Below the pieces are notes generated by a model. The model was given only the letters and a program-made list of their open reading frames with translations. It was not told the DNA's origin and made no database searches. Both the position numbers and the translations under genes were made by a program. From Chloroflexota bacterium (GTDB lineage Bacteria; Chloroflexota; Limnocylindria; QHBO01), in the NCBI GenBank assembly GCA_025937875.1, contig JAICQM010000001.1, positions 1 through 47,991 on the forward strand: a DNA stretch of 47,991 nt. Direction: 5' to 3'. This document shows, in pieces, positions 1 to 8,448 of the stretch. The number at the start of each line of letters is the position of its first letter. The first letter of the stretch is position 1.

Positions 1-138
1 GAGCAGGGCGATCACTTCGGTCAGGGCCAGGAACGCGATCAGACCAATGAGGATCGCCAGCCACGGCTCGCCGAAGAGGGCGAAGGCCAGGACGATCGGC
101 CCGAGGACCAGGGCGGTCAGGACGCGCGTCCGCAGCAT
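1..138 (-). CDS. cdsA: phosphatidate cytidylyltransferase, N-terminal fragment running off the left edge
   Basis: Too short to appear in the ORF track. ATG at 138-136 gives MLRTRVLTALVLGPIVLAFALFGEPWLAILIGLIAFLALTEVIALL, a hydrophobic CdsA-like N-terminus. It starts 7 nt after the uppS stop, in the conserved frr-uppS-cdsA order. Confidence 0.55.
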   Translation of the reverse strand, partial: MLRTRVLTALVLGPIVLAFALFGEPWLAILIGLIAFLALTEVIALL

Positions 139-145
139 CGTTCGA

Positions 146-847
146 TCAGGACCCGAATCGGCGCTGGCGACGGGTGAACTCGTCGAGCGCGGTGACCAGG
201 TCAGCCTCCTTGAAGTCCGGCCACAGGGCGGGACTGAAGACCAGCTCCGCATAGGCGCCCTGCCACAGCAGGAAGTTGCTCATCCGCTGCTCACCGCCGG
301 TGCGGATGACGAGGTCGACATCGGGCTGGCCGGCGGTGTACAGGCGATCGGTGACCATCGCCTCGTCCACCTCGGCGGGCGGCACGTCCGCGGCCATGAG
401 CGAGCGCATCGCATCGATCAGCTCGCTGCGGCCGGAGTAGTTGAAGGCGATGTTGAGGGCCATCCGGCCGCCGCCCCGCGTTCGTTCCTCGGCGTTGCGG
501 ATGCTGCGCTGGACGTCGGATGGTGCCTCGTGCAGGCGACCGATGACCCGCACCCGGACCCCCTCCGCAATGAGCTCGTCGGTATGCTGCTGGACGGCCG
601 CGTCGACGAGCCCGAACAGCCCGTTGACCTCGTCCTCCGGGCGGCGCCAGTTCTCCTGGCTGAAGACGTAGAGGGACAGGACCTCGATCCCGTGGTCGGG
701 GGCGGCGCGCACGATGGGACGGATCGCCTCGACCCCCTGGACGTGGCCGGCGATGCTGGGGAGGCCGCGAGCGGCCGCCCAGCGCCGGTTGCCGTCCATG
801 ATGATGGCGACGTGCCGCGGGCCATGCGGTGGCGCCGGCGGGGTCAG
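146..847 (-). CDS. uppS: isoprenyl transferase / undecaprenyl diphosphate synthase
   Basis: Track ORF 146..799 starts at MDGNRRWA and carries NYSGR, RTGGEQRMSNFLLWQ and other UppS motifs. The conserved PRHVAII strand is encoded in frame upstream of that ATG. The only start-like codon there is CTG at 847-845, overlapping the frr TGA. The 5' end is therefore inferred. Confidence 0.88.
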   Translation of the reverse strand: MTPPAPPHGPRHVAIIMDGNRRWAAARGLPSIAGHVQGVEAIRPIVRAAPDHGIEVLSLYVFSQENWRRPEDEVNGLFGLVDAAVQQHTDELIAEGVRVRVIGRLHEAPSDVQRSIRNAEERTRGGGRMALNIAFNYSGRSELIDAMRSLMAADVPPAEVDEAMVTDRLYTAGQPDVDLVIRTGGEQRMSNFLLWQGAYAELVFSPALWPDFKEADLVTALDEFTRRQRRFGS

Positions 848-1401
848 ACCTCCATCACCTCGGCTTCCTTCCGCTCCGTGCGCTCGTCGACCTGCTCGAT
901 CCAGCGATCGGTCAGCTTCTGCAGCGCGTCCAGCTCGCGGCGCTCCTCGTCCTCGGACAGGTTGCCGTCGCGCATCTCCTTCTTGAGTGTGTCGGCGGCC
1001 TCACGTCGATGGTGGCGGACCTCGACCCGGGCCTCCTCGGCGCGCTTGCGGACCTGTTTGACCATCTCCCGCCGTCGCTCCTCGGTCAGGGGTGGCACGT
1101 TGAGCCGCACCACGGTGCCGTCGACGTTGGGCACCAGGCCGATGTCACTCTTGGTGAGCGCTCGCTCGATGGCGCCCAGGACCGAGCGGTCCCAGGGCTG
1201 GATGACGATCAGGTGCGGGTCGGGCGTGCTGATCCCGGCGATCTGGTTGAGGGGCGTCTGCGTTCCGTAGTAGTCGACCGTGATCCGCTCGACGAGCGAC
1301 GTCGACGCCCGGCCGGTGCGGATTGCCGCGAATTCGCGGTCGAGCGCTTCCACCGCGCGCTGCATCTTCGGCTCGACGGCCACCAGCGCCTCGTGCGTCA
1401 T
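844..1401 (-). CDS. frr: ribosome recycling factor
   Basis: The full-length 185 aa translation is typical of Frr ([36 protein letters not shown]). Confidence 0.97.
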   Translation of the reverse strand: MTHEALVAVEPKMQRAVEALDREFAAIRTGRASTSLVERITVDYYGTQTPLNQIAGISTPDPHLIVIQPWDRSVLGAIERALTKSDIGLVPNVDGTVVRLNVPPLTEERRREMVKQVRKRAEEARVEVRHHRREAADTLKKEMRDGNLSEDEERRELDALQKLTDRWIEQVDERTERKEAEVMEV

Positions 1402-2144
1402 GCGGTCACCTCACCTGTGATCAAGGTCCCGATGCGCTCGCCACGCACGGCGCGCGCGATGTTCCCCTCCTGCGTCATGTCGAACACCACGATCGGCATC
1501 TCGTTGTCCATGGCCAGGCTGACCGCCGTCGCGTCCAGCGCGTTGAGGCGCTTGGCCAGGAGATCGGTGTACCCGATGCGCGTGAACCGCCGGGCGTCCG
1601 GCTCCTTCTCGGGATCGGCATCGTACACCCCGTCGACGCGCGTGGCCTTGAGGATGACGTGCGCGCCGATCTCGACCGCGCGCAACGTGGCCGCGGTGTC
1701 GGTGGTGAAGTACGGGTTGCCCGTGCCGGCAACCATGATCACCACCCGCCCCTTTTCGAGGTGCCGCATGGCGCGGCGCCGGATGTACGGCTCGCAGATC
1801 TCGTTCATGGCGATGGCCGACATGACGCGCGTCGGGCAGCCGGCCTGCTCCAGGGCGTCCTGCATGGCGAGGCCGTTCATGACCGTCGCCAGCATGCCCA
1901 TGTAGTCGCCGGTCGAGCGGTCCATCCCCGACTCCGATGCCGCCAGGCCGCGGAAGATGTTGCCGCCACCGACGACGACGGCGACCTCGGTTCCCTCGTC
2001 ACGCGCCTCGCGCACCTGGTCGGCGATGGCGCGCGTCACGGTGGGATCGATGCCGTATGCCCGCGAGCCCATGAGGGCCTCGCCCGACAGCTTCAGCAGC
2101 ACGCGGCGCGCGGGAGCCCCGGGAGAGGGGGTCGCATCGGTCAC
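1398..2144 (-). CDS. pyrH: UMP kinase
   Basis: [23 protein letters not shown] and the rest of the protein match UMP kinase. The track ORF extends to 2330 inside tsf. I trimmed it to the in-frame GTG at 2144, just after the tsf stop. Confidence 0.93.
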   Translation of the reverse strand: MTDATPSPGAPARRVLLKLSGEALMGSRAYGIDPTVTRAIADQVREARDEGTEVAVVVGGGNIFRGLAASESGMDRSTGDYMGMLATVMNGLAMQDALEQAGCPTRVMSAIAMNEICEPYIRRRAMRHLEKGRVVIMVAGTGNPYFTTDTAATLRAVEIGAHVILKATRVDGVYDADPEKEPDARRFTRIGYTDLLAKRLNALDATAVSLAMDNEMPIVVFDMTQEGNIARAVRGERIGTLITGEVTA

Positions 2145-2149
2145 GGTGA

Positions 2150-2785
2150 CTAGGCGGCCTCCGTCTCGTCCGCGCCGGCAGTCGCCACGCTGTCGCCAAC
2201 CGCCATCCGCGCGAAGCGCGCGACCCGGATGTTCTCGCCGAGGAGGGCGATCTTGTCGGTGACGAGGTCGCCGATCTTCTGCTCGGTGTCGCGATACGGC
2301 AGCTCGAGCAGGCAGTGCTCGGCGTACCACTTGTTGAGCTTGCCCTCCACGATCGCCGGCAGCCGGTCCTCGGGTCGGCCCTCGGCCCGCGCGCCGGCGG
2401 CGAACTCGTCGCGCAGCCGCTCGACGACGTCGGCGGGCACGTCGTCGCGGCCCACGTAGGTCGGGTTGAGTCCGGCAACCTGGATCGCGAGCTCGCGGGC
2501 GAGCTGGGTGAAGTCGTCGGTGCGCGCCACGAAATCGGTCTCGCAGTTGAGCTCCAGCAGGACGCCCAACCGTGAGCCGTGGTGGATGTAGCTGGCGATG
2601 ACGCCCTCGCGGGCCACGCGGCCCGCCTTCTTGGCCGCGGCGCTGAGACCCTTGGCGCGCAGCCAGGCGACTGCCTGCTCGACGTCGCCGCCGGACGCCT
2701 CGAGCGCCCGCTTGCAGTCCATGATTCCGGCGCCGGTCTGCTCGCGCAGGCGCTTGATGTCCTCGGGGGTGATGGTCGTGTCCAT
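2150..2785 (-). CDS. tsf: translation elongation factor Ts (short form)
   Basis: N-terminal UBA-like region [37 protein letters not shown] and [16 protein letters not shown]. Lies in the rpsB-tsf-pyrH-frr order. Confidence 0.95.
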   Translation of the reverse strand: MDTTITPEDIKRLREQTGAGIMDCKRALEASGGDVEQAVAWLRAKGLSAAAKKAGRVAREGVIASYIHHGSRLGVLLELNCETDFVARTDDFTQLARELAIQVAGLNPTYVGRDDVPADVVERLRDEFAAGARAEGRPEDRLPAIVEGKLNKWYAEHCLLELPYRDTEQKIGDLVTDKIALLGENIRVARFARMAVGDSVATAGADETEAA

Positions 2786-2835
2786 GGTGTCCTTCGTTGT
2801 GATGTGGCCTGCGTCAGGCCGATGCGCCGTTGGCG

Positions 2836-3789
2836 CTATCGGTCGCGCTCTCGTTGCAGCTCGCGGACGCGCTCGCGCTCGCGGTCGTCGGCCTCCTCGG
2901 GCCGGTCCCCCTCCTCGATCTCGACGGCGCGTCGCGCGCGAGCGCGGCGCTCCTCCTCGTCCTCCTCGTCCTCAGGCTCGGGCTCGAAGACAAGTGCCTC
3001 GCCCCCGGCCAGGGCGGCGGAGTAGTCGGCCCCCTCGGCGAGCGTGGTCTCGTCGACCGGCGGCAGCGCCTCGGCCTGCTCGAACTCCTCGTCGAGCTGC
3101 GCCTGACGCTCCTGCTGCGCGGACAGCGCGGCCTCGGCGATGGTGGCGCAGATGAGCTTGACGGAGCGGATCGCGTCGTCGTTGGCCGGGATCACCCAGT
3201 CGACGAGATCCGGATCGCAGTTGGTATCGGTGATGGCGATGATCGGGATCTCGAGGCGGCGCGCCTCGCGCACCGCGATGTCCTCCCGATGTGGATCGAC
3301 GATGAAGACCGCGCCCGGCAGGCGGCGCATCTTGCGGATGCCGCCCAGTGCCGAGTTCAGCTTCGTGATCTCGTCGTTGAGCTTCGAGGCCTCCTTCTTG
3401 GTGAGGCGCTCGAACTCGCCCGCGTCACGGCGCGCCTCCAGGGCCTCCAGGCGCTGGATGCGGCGCTTGATGGTCTGGAAGTTGGTGAGCATGCCGCCGA
3501 GCCAGCGCGTGTTGACCCAGTGCTGGCCGCTGCGCTCGGCCTCGGTGGCGAGCGCCTCCTGGGCCTGCTTCTTGGTGCCGACGAACAGGATGCTGTCGCC
3601 GCGGCGAATGACGTCGCGCACGAACTCCAGGGCGGCCTCGAGGCGATCGACCGTCTGGGCGAGGTCGATGATGTGGATTCCGTTGCGCTCGGCGAAGATG
3701 AACTCGCGCATCTTCGGGTTCCAGCGACGGGTCTGGTGCCCGAAGTGGACGCCGGCTTCGAGCAGCTGCTTCATGGTCGTGGCGGCCAT
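2836..3789 (-). CDS. rpsB: 30S ribosomal protein S2 with a long acidic C-terminal tail
   Basis: [27 protein letters not shown] starts at ATG 3789 with a GGAGG 13-17 nt upstream. The track ORF start at 3918 is an over-extension. The C-terminal ~85 aa are Glu/Asp/Arg-rich. Confidence 0.96.
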   Translation of the reverse strand: MAATTMKQLLEAGVHFGHQTRRWNPKMREFIFAERNGIHIIDLAQTVDRLEAALEFVRDVIRRGDSILFVGTKKQAQEALATEAERSGQHWVNTRWLGGMLTNFQTIKRRIQRLEALEARRDAGEFERLTKKEASKLNDEITKLNSALGGIRKMRRLPGAVFIVDPHREDIAVREARRLEIPIIAITDTNCDPDLVDWVIPANDDAIRSVKLICATIAEAALSAQQERQAQLDEEFEQAEALPPVDETTLAEGADYSAALAGGEALVFEPEPEDEEDEEERRARARRAVEIEEGDRPEEADDRERERVRELQRERDR

Positions 3790-3951
3790 GGTCGGTGAGT
3801 ACCTCCGGTTGTTCCTCCGCCCGCCGTCACGTCCCGTGATCGACCGCCCGTGGGGCGGCACCGTGATCGACAGGATCGGGTGAGCGTGTGAGATGGTTGG
3901 CGTCCGGCGAGCGCGCACGACGAAGCGCCGTGAATGCCGCGGGACCGAGGG

Positions 3952-3957
3952 AGTATA
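3952..3957 (-). promoter_or_regulatory. candidate -10 box TATACT (extended TGcTATACTCC) for rpsB
   Basis: The minus strand reads gtgcTATACTccc about 160 nt upstream of the rpsB ATG. It is one of seven TATACT(C/G)(C/G) boxes in an otherwise very AT-poor window. Confidence 0.45.
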
Positions 3958-4151
3958 GCACGCTCGCTGTACCTCTCCAGCGGGCGCAGTGCCTGCACCC
4001 GCTGCGCGTCCATCGGTACCGAAGTACTCCCAACCCCACCGCTTCGTACCTTGATTCTGCGGAGTGGGCGCCTAGCCTGACCATCGCTCGTGGGGGACCG
4101 CCCGGCTGCTGATGAGGGCGGACCGAGTCGAAGGCAGTGCCCGGAGGAACG

Positions 4152-5270
4152 ATGCGCACCCGATCGATCCCGCTCCTTGCCGGTGGGCTCAGCACGCTGC
4201 TGGCGCTCACCGTGGTGACCTCGAGTGTCCTCGCCACCGACGAGGTGATCGTCGGGCCTGGCGATACCCTGTCGGCGATCGCGCTCGAGCACGGCCTCAC
4301 CGTCGCCCAGCTCGCCGCTCGCAACGGGCTCGCGGACCCCAACCGCATCTATGTCGGCCAGCGACTGGCCGTCACGGCCCCAGCCCCGACAGCCACCACG
4401 CCGGCCGCTGCTCCCCCCGCGGCGCCCGCGGCCGCCCCGCGCGTCCACGTCGTGGCCTCCGGCGAGCACCTCACCGGCATCGCGCGCCGCTACGGGACGT
4501 CGATCGCGGCCATCGTGGCCCTCAACCGCATCAGCAACCCGTCCTTCATCCGCGCCGGCACGCGACTGTCCATTCCGGGTGGGTCCACCGCCCCCGTGAG
4601 CAGTCCGGGCGCGGCTGCGCCTCCCGTGGCGCCGGCGGCCGCCCCGCGCGTCCACGTCGTGGCCTCCGGCGAGCACCTCACCGGCATCGCGCGCCGCTAC
4701 GGGACGTCGATCGCGGCCATCGTGGCCCTCAACCGCATCAGCAATCCGTCGTTCATCCGCACCGGGACGCGACTGTCCATACCGGGTGGGTCCGCCGCCC
4801 CGGCTGCCCCCGCCTCCCCGCCGCCGGCGGTCGCTGCCGCCATGCCGCCCTCCATGGCCGCCCTCGTCGCATCGCGCGCGGCCGTCGGCCAGGTCATCGC
4901 CGAGGAGGCCCAGCGGCACGGCGTCCCGGTCGCGTTCGCCAGGGCGGTGGCCTGGCAGGAGTCCGGATGGCAGCAGGGCGTCACCAGCTACGTCGGCGCG
5001 ATGGGCGTCATGCAGCTCATGCCGGCCACCGCCGACTGGGTCGGGGAGGCGATGCTGCACTCGGCGCCCAACCCGCGCGACCTTCGCTGGAACGTGAGCG
5101 CGGGCGTGCGCCTCCTGCGCCACTACCTCGACCGCTACCACGGCGACCGGGCACTGACGCTGGCGGCCTACTACCAGGGGCAGCGCGCCGTCGACCAGCA
5201 TGGAATCTATCGCGTCAGCCGGCCATACATCGCCTCGATCCTGGTCCTCGAGCGCCTCTTCGGCGGCTAG
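4152..5270 (+). CDS. secreted murein hydrolase: three LysM domains plus a C-terminal lytic transglycosylase (SLT) domain
   Basis: Signal-peptide-like MRTRSIPLLAGGLSTLLALTVV. Three LysM repeats (VGPGDTLSAIA..., 2x HVVASGEHLTGIARRYGTSIAAIVALNRI). SLT motifs AWQESGW, GVMQLMP, AAYYQG. The track starts at GTG 4137. ATG 4152, preceded by GGAGGA, looks more likely. Confidence 0.85.
   Translation: MRTRSIPLLAGGLSTLLALTVVTSSVLATDEVIVGPGDTLSAIALEHGLTVAQLAARNGLADPNRIYVGQRLAVTAPAPTATTPAAAPPAAPAAAPRVHVVASGEHLTGIARRYGTSIAAIVALNRISNPSFIRAGTRLSIPGGSTAPVSSPGAAAPPVAPAAAPRVHVVASGEHLTGIARRYGTSIAAIVALNRISNPSFIRTGTRLSIPGGSAAPAAPASPPPAVAAAMPPSMAALVASRAAVGQVIAEEAQRHGVPVAFARAVAWQESGWQQGVTSYVGAMGVMQLMPATADWVGEAMLHSAPNPRDLRWNVSAGVRLLRHYLDRYHGDRALTLAAYYQGQRAVDQHGIYRVSRPYIASILVLERLFGG
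4428..4801 (+). repeat. near-identical tandem duplication (two ~167-nt copies, 207-nt period) encoding LysM domains 2 and 3
   Basis: Copy 4428-4594 and copy 4635-4801 differ at only about six positions. Confidence 0.9.
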
Positions 5271-5276
5271 GGCGAC

Positions 5277-5660
5277 CTACCACGCATCGATGCCCTCCAG
5301 CCGGGCCGCGGCCCACCGCGGTCCGGCATCGGTCTGCACGACGCGCATCGTGACGAGGTCCAGGCGCGTCTCCGCATGGGCGGGGGCCAGCTCCCCGGCG
5401 TAGCGCGCCAGCGCGTGCCGCAGCCGGCGCACGCGTCGATGGTCGACCGATTCGAGCGCCGTGCCCGCGTGTGACGTCGACCGGGCGCGCACCTCGATCG
5501 CGACCAGCGTCCCGGAGCCGTCAAGGGCCACGATGTCCAGCTCGCCCTCGGGAACGCGCCAGCGACGGGCCAGGATGTGCCAGCCGGCGCCCGCCAGCCA
5601 GCGCGCGGCCGCGTCCTCCGCGTCGAGACCCAGCTGGTGCCGAGGGTCGGTCATCGGCAA
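5277..5660 (-). CDS. yraN: YraN-family (UPF0102) endonuclease-like protein
   Basis: GLDAEDAAARWLAGAGWHILARRWRVPEGELDIVALDGSGTLVAIEVRAR matches the YraN pattern. Lies downstream of rnhB, as in many genomes. Confidence 0.85.
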   Translation of the reverse strand: MPMTDPRHQLGLDAEDAAARWLAGAGWHILARRWRVPEGELDIVALDGSGTLVAIEVRARSTSHAGTALESVDHRRVRRLRHALARYAGELAPAHAETRLDLVTMRVVQTDAGPRWAAARLEGIDAW

Positions 5661-5667
5661 TGAGCGG

Positions 5668-6465
5668 TCAGGGTCGCGGGGCGAGCGCCTCGTCGTCCAG
5701 CAGGGTGACCTCCGCGTCGGCCGCCTCGGCCAGGCGTGCTACGGCCTCGTCGTCGTCGAGGTCACCCTCGACGGGCATCGCGGCGAGGTCGAACGATAGC
5801 TGCTGGCCGAGGAGCATCGTGCGTACCGGGGCGAACGAGCGACGGTGCCATTCGCACGGGCCGGCCTCGCCGAGGGCGTGGAGGTGGACCGGGGTGCCAT
5901 AGCCCTTGTTGCGTCGGAAGCCGTAGGCCGGGTAGCGCTCGTCCATCTCGTCACAGATTCGATCGCGCGTGACCTTGGCCACGATGCTGGCGGCCGCGAT
6001 CGAGGCGCTGATCGCGTCGCCGTCGATGATCGCGCGCTGCGGCAGGTCGACGACCGGGAGGCGCAGGGCGTCGATCAGGAGGTGATCCGGGCGCGCGGAG
6101 AGGCGATCGACGGCCTGCCGCATCGCAAGCTTGGTGGCCTGGAGAATGTTGATGCGGTCGATGACGTCGACCTCGACACAACCGACGCCGACGGCCTCGG
6201 CCCGGTCCAGGATGAGCTCGTACAGTGCCTCGCGGCGCGCGCGCGGCAGCATCTTGCTGTCGCGCAGACCCTTGAGGCGCGGGCGTGGCGGCAGGACGAC
6301 GGCCGCCGCAACAACGGGACCCGCCAGGCAGCCGCGGCCGACCTCGTCGATGCCTGCCACGCGCTGGAACCCGGCCATGCGCAGCTCTCGCTCGTGGCGC
6401 AGGTGGGCGTCACGTACCCGCTTGGGGCGGGCGCGGCGACCGTGAAGCGGATGGAGCCGGGACAC
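5668..6465 (-). CDS. rnhB: ribonuclease HII with an acidic C-terminal extension
   Basis: VAGIDEVGRGCLAGPVV, DSKML and ASIVAKVTRD motifs. The track ORF (to 6732) overlaps rplS, so I trimmed it to GTG 6465. ATG 6378 is the alternative start. Confidence 0.9.
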   Translation of the reverse strand: MSRLHPLHGRRARPKRVRDAHLRHERELRMAGFQRVAGIDEVGRGCLAGPVVAAAVVLPPRPRLKGLRDSKMLPRARREALYELILDRAEAVGVGCVEVDVIDRINILQATKLAMRQAVDRLSARPDHLLIDALRLPVVDLPQRAIIDGDAISASIAAASIVAKVTRDRICDEMDERYPAYGFRRNKGYGTPVHLHALGEAGPCEWHRRSFAPVRTMLLGQQLSFDLAAMPVEGDLDDDEAVARLAEAADAEVTLLDDEALAPRP

Positions 6466-6490
6466 GGCGGCGATGCGGCCGCTCGGGACG

Positions 6491-6838
6491 TCAGCTGGAG
6501 CGTCGCTCGCGGAGCGTCGCCGACTTCCCGACGCGCTTGCGCAGGAAGTACAGCTGGGCGCGTCGGGCGACGCCATGACGCATGACCTCGATCTTCTCGA
6601 CCCGCGGCGCGTGCACCAGGAACGTGCGCTCGACGCCGACGCCGCTCGAGATGCGGCGGACTGTGATCGACTTGTTGAGGCCGCCGTTGCGCATGCGCAT
6701 GACGGTGCCCTCGAAGACCTGGATCCGCTCACGGTTGCCCTCGACCACCTTCACCGACACCCGCACCGTGTCGCCGGGGGCGATCTCGGGCACGTCGGTG
6801 CGGAGCTGCTCGCGCTCGAGCTCCTTGATGGCGTTCAT
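6491..6838 (-). CDS. rplS: 50S ribosomal protein L19
   Basis: Full-length L19 translation ([28 protein letters not shown]...). Confidence 0.97.
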   Translation of the reverse strand: MNAIKELEREQLRTDVPEIAPGDTVRVSVKVVEGNRERIQVFEGTVMRMRNGGLNKSITVRRISSGVGVERTFLVHAPRVEKIEVMRHGVARRAQLYFLRKRVGKSATLRERRSS

Positions 6839-6941
6839 TGTGGGGCGACCTCGTTACCGCAGCCTTAGCGGCCGCTTATCGAATGCTGGAAGTGGCCAGC
6901 GTACATGCGAACGCGACCGCGTGAGCGGCCGCGACCGGCGG

Positions 6942-6971
6942 AGTATAGCAGCGCCGTCGGCGGCCGGGCAA
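6942..6971 (-). promoter_or_regulatory. candidate sigma-70-type promoter for rplS (TTGCCC-18 nt-TGcTATACT)
   Basis: The minus strand reads cTTGCCCggccgccgacggcgctgcTATACTcc. The resulting ~97-nt leader begins with a 9-bp hairpin, CGCGGCCGC-ucac-GCGGUCGCG. Confidence 0.5.
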
Positions 6972-6983
6972 GGAGCGGTGAGG

Positions 6984-7709
6984 TCAGTCCTCGCCCCCGC
7001 CGCGCAGCTCGTCGAGCACGACGCGATCGGCATCGGTCAATGGTGCCCCGGCCAGCAGGTCGGGCCGACGTTCGAGGGTGCGGCGCAATGACTCGCGGCG
7101 CCGCCAGCGGTCCACCTCGGCGTGATGGCCCGAGAAGAGGATGGCCGGCACGTCCATGCCCCGGAATGACTCCGGGCGCGTGTACTGGGGATGCTCGAGC
7201 AGGCCGCCGGCGAACGAGTCGCCGGCCTGCGAAGCGTCGTCGATCACACCGGGAACGAAGCGCGACATGGCGTCGATGAGCACCAGCGCCGGCAGCTCGC
7301 CGCCGGTCAGCACGTAGTCGCCGATGCTGACCTCTCGGTCCACCAGCGCACGGACGCGGTCGTCGATCCCCTCGTAGCGCCCGCAGACGAGGGCCAGGTG
7401 GCGCAGGGTGGCAAGCTCGCGCGCCAGCGCATCGGTCAGGCGTTCGCCGGCCGGGTCCAGCAGCACCACCGTTGCGCCCGCCGCCTTGAGCGGCTCCACG
7501 GCCGCGAACAGCGGCTCGGGCCGCATCACCATTCCCGCTCCCCCACCGTATGGCTGGTCGTCGACCGACCGATGGCGCCCCAGACCGTGATCGCGCAGGT
7601 CGTGCACACCGAACTCGAGCAGTCCGCGTTCACTCGCACGGCCGATGATCGACGTCCCCAGGGGAGCCTCGAAATAGCCGGGGAACAGGGTCACGACGTC
7701 GATCCGCAT
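6984..7709 (-). CDS. trmD: tRNA (guanine37-N1)-methyltransferase
   Basis: [26 protein letters not shown] and [12 protein letters not shown] motifs. Confidence 0.96.
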   Translation of the reverse strand: MRIDVVTLFPGYFEAPLGTSIIGRASERGLLEFGVHDLRDHGLGRHRSVDDQPYGGGAGMVMRPEPLFAAVEPLKAAGATVVLLDPAGERLTDALARELATLRHLALVCGRYEGIDDRVRALVDREVSIGDYVLTGGELPALVLIDAMSRFVPGVIDDASQAGDSFAGGLLEHPQYTRPESFRGMDVPAILFSGHHAEVDRWRRRESLRRTLERRPDLLAGAPLTDADRVVLDELRGGGED

Positions 7710-7712
7710 CGG

Positions 7713-8216
7713 TCAGCGGACCTCTTCGGCGTCGTAGGCCACGACCATGCGTCCCGCTTCCAGGTCGATGCCGCGCACGACGTCGCGCACACCGGGGACG
7801 AGAAGCTCCCCGTCGGGGCCGTCGATGCGGTACACCTCGGCCTCGCCGGCGCGGAAGACCTCGACCAGGGTGCCGAGCTCGATGCCCGCCGGGTCCACCA
7901 CGGTGAGCCCCTCGAGCTGATGCCAGTAGAACTCGCCCTCCGGCAACGGCGCCGGCACCACCTCCAGGTAGCGACCGACGACTGCTTCAGCCGCCTCCCG
8001 GCCCTCGATACCGGCCAGCGTGATCACCGGAGCGCGGCCGCCGGACTCCAGGGAGGTGACGTTGCGTGGCTCCGATTCGCCGTCCAGGAACAGCGGCGAT
8101 CCCGGCTCGACGCGCTCCGGCCAGTCGGTCAGCAGCTCGAGGCGCAGCCCGCCGCGCAGCCCCTTGACGCCGCTGATGCGGGCGACCGCGAGACGTGCCG
8201 GTGGCTCAGTCCTCGT
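7713..8216 (-). CDS. rimM: 16S rRNA processing protein RimM (5' end unresolved)
   Basis: Track ORF 7713..8027 covers only the C-terminal part. The conserved N-terminal motif LAVARISGVKGLRGGLRLELLTDWPERV is encoded in frame at 8192-8109. No ATG/GTG/TTG precedes it back to the in-frame TGA. ACG at 8216 (GGAGA 9 nt upstream) or ATC at 8177 are the candidate starts. Confidence 0.8.
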   Translation of the reverse strand, partial: TRTEPPARLAVARISGVKGLRGGLRLELLTDWPERVEPGSPLFLDGESEPRNVTSLESGGRAPVITLAGIEGREAAEAVVGRYLEVVPAPLPEGEFYWHQLEGLTVVDPAGIELGTLVEVFRAGEAEVYRIDGPDGELLVPGVRDVVRGIDLEAGRMVVAYDAEEVR

Positions 8217-8448
8217 CGCCGACGATCTCCAGCTCGACGTGGCGGCCGTCCCGCGTGGCCATCACTCGCAGCAGGCTGCGGATGGCGTTGGCGATGCGGC
8301 CGTCACGGCCGATCACCCGGCCCATATCGCGCTCGTCGACGGCCAGGACCAGGACGATCTCCTCGTCATCGTCCTCCTCGACCTCGACCGACACCGCGTC
8401 CGGATGCTCGACCAGGCCGCGGGCGATGTACTCCAGCAGCTCCTTCAC
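8206..8448 (-). CDS. KH-domain RNA-binding protein (YlqC/UPF0109 family)
   Basis: The 80 aa protein contains VIGRDGRIANAIRSLLRV. It sits between rpsP and rimM, as in the conserved operon. Confidence 0.88.
   Translation of the reverse strand: MKELLEYIARGLVEHPDAVSVEVEEDDDEEIVLVLAVDERDMGRVIGRDGRIANAIRSLLRVMATRDGRHVELEIVGDED

Noticed and set aside
2145-2330. N-terminal over-extensions of track ORFs: pyrH to 2330, rpsB to 3918, rnhB to 6732, acpP to 17604, nusB to 18011, DUF177 to 19973, recG to 23707, the GH lipoprotein to 26163, rpe to 27109, the YugP-like gene to 28687, lspA to 35491, ilvE to 43130.
   Set aside because: The extensions run into upstream genes, are Arg/Pro-rich, and are followed by internal starts with Shine-Dalgarno sequences or 4-nt overlaps at the positions where the conserved N-termini begin.
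6868-6935. Two GCGGCCGC-centred palindromes in the trmD-rplS spacer as possible mobile-element ends.
   Set aside because: They are short, lie within the predicted rplS leader, and are better explained as leader hairpins. There are no target-site duplications or transposase.
8196-8216. Idea that KH-protein and RimM are fused by a +1 frameshift at GAC-TGA-G (the rimM frame is +1 relative to the KH frame at its stop).
   Set aside because: There is no slippery sequence; tRNA-Asp cannot re-pair on ACU. There is no prfB-like upstream SD at the right spacing. KH and RimM are separate proteins in the conserved operon. A non-canonical start or a base error is simpler.
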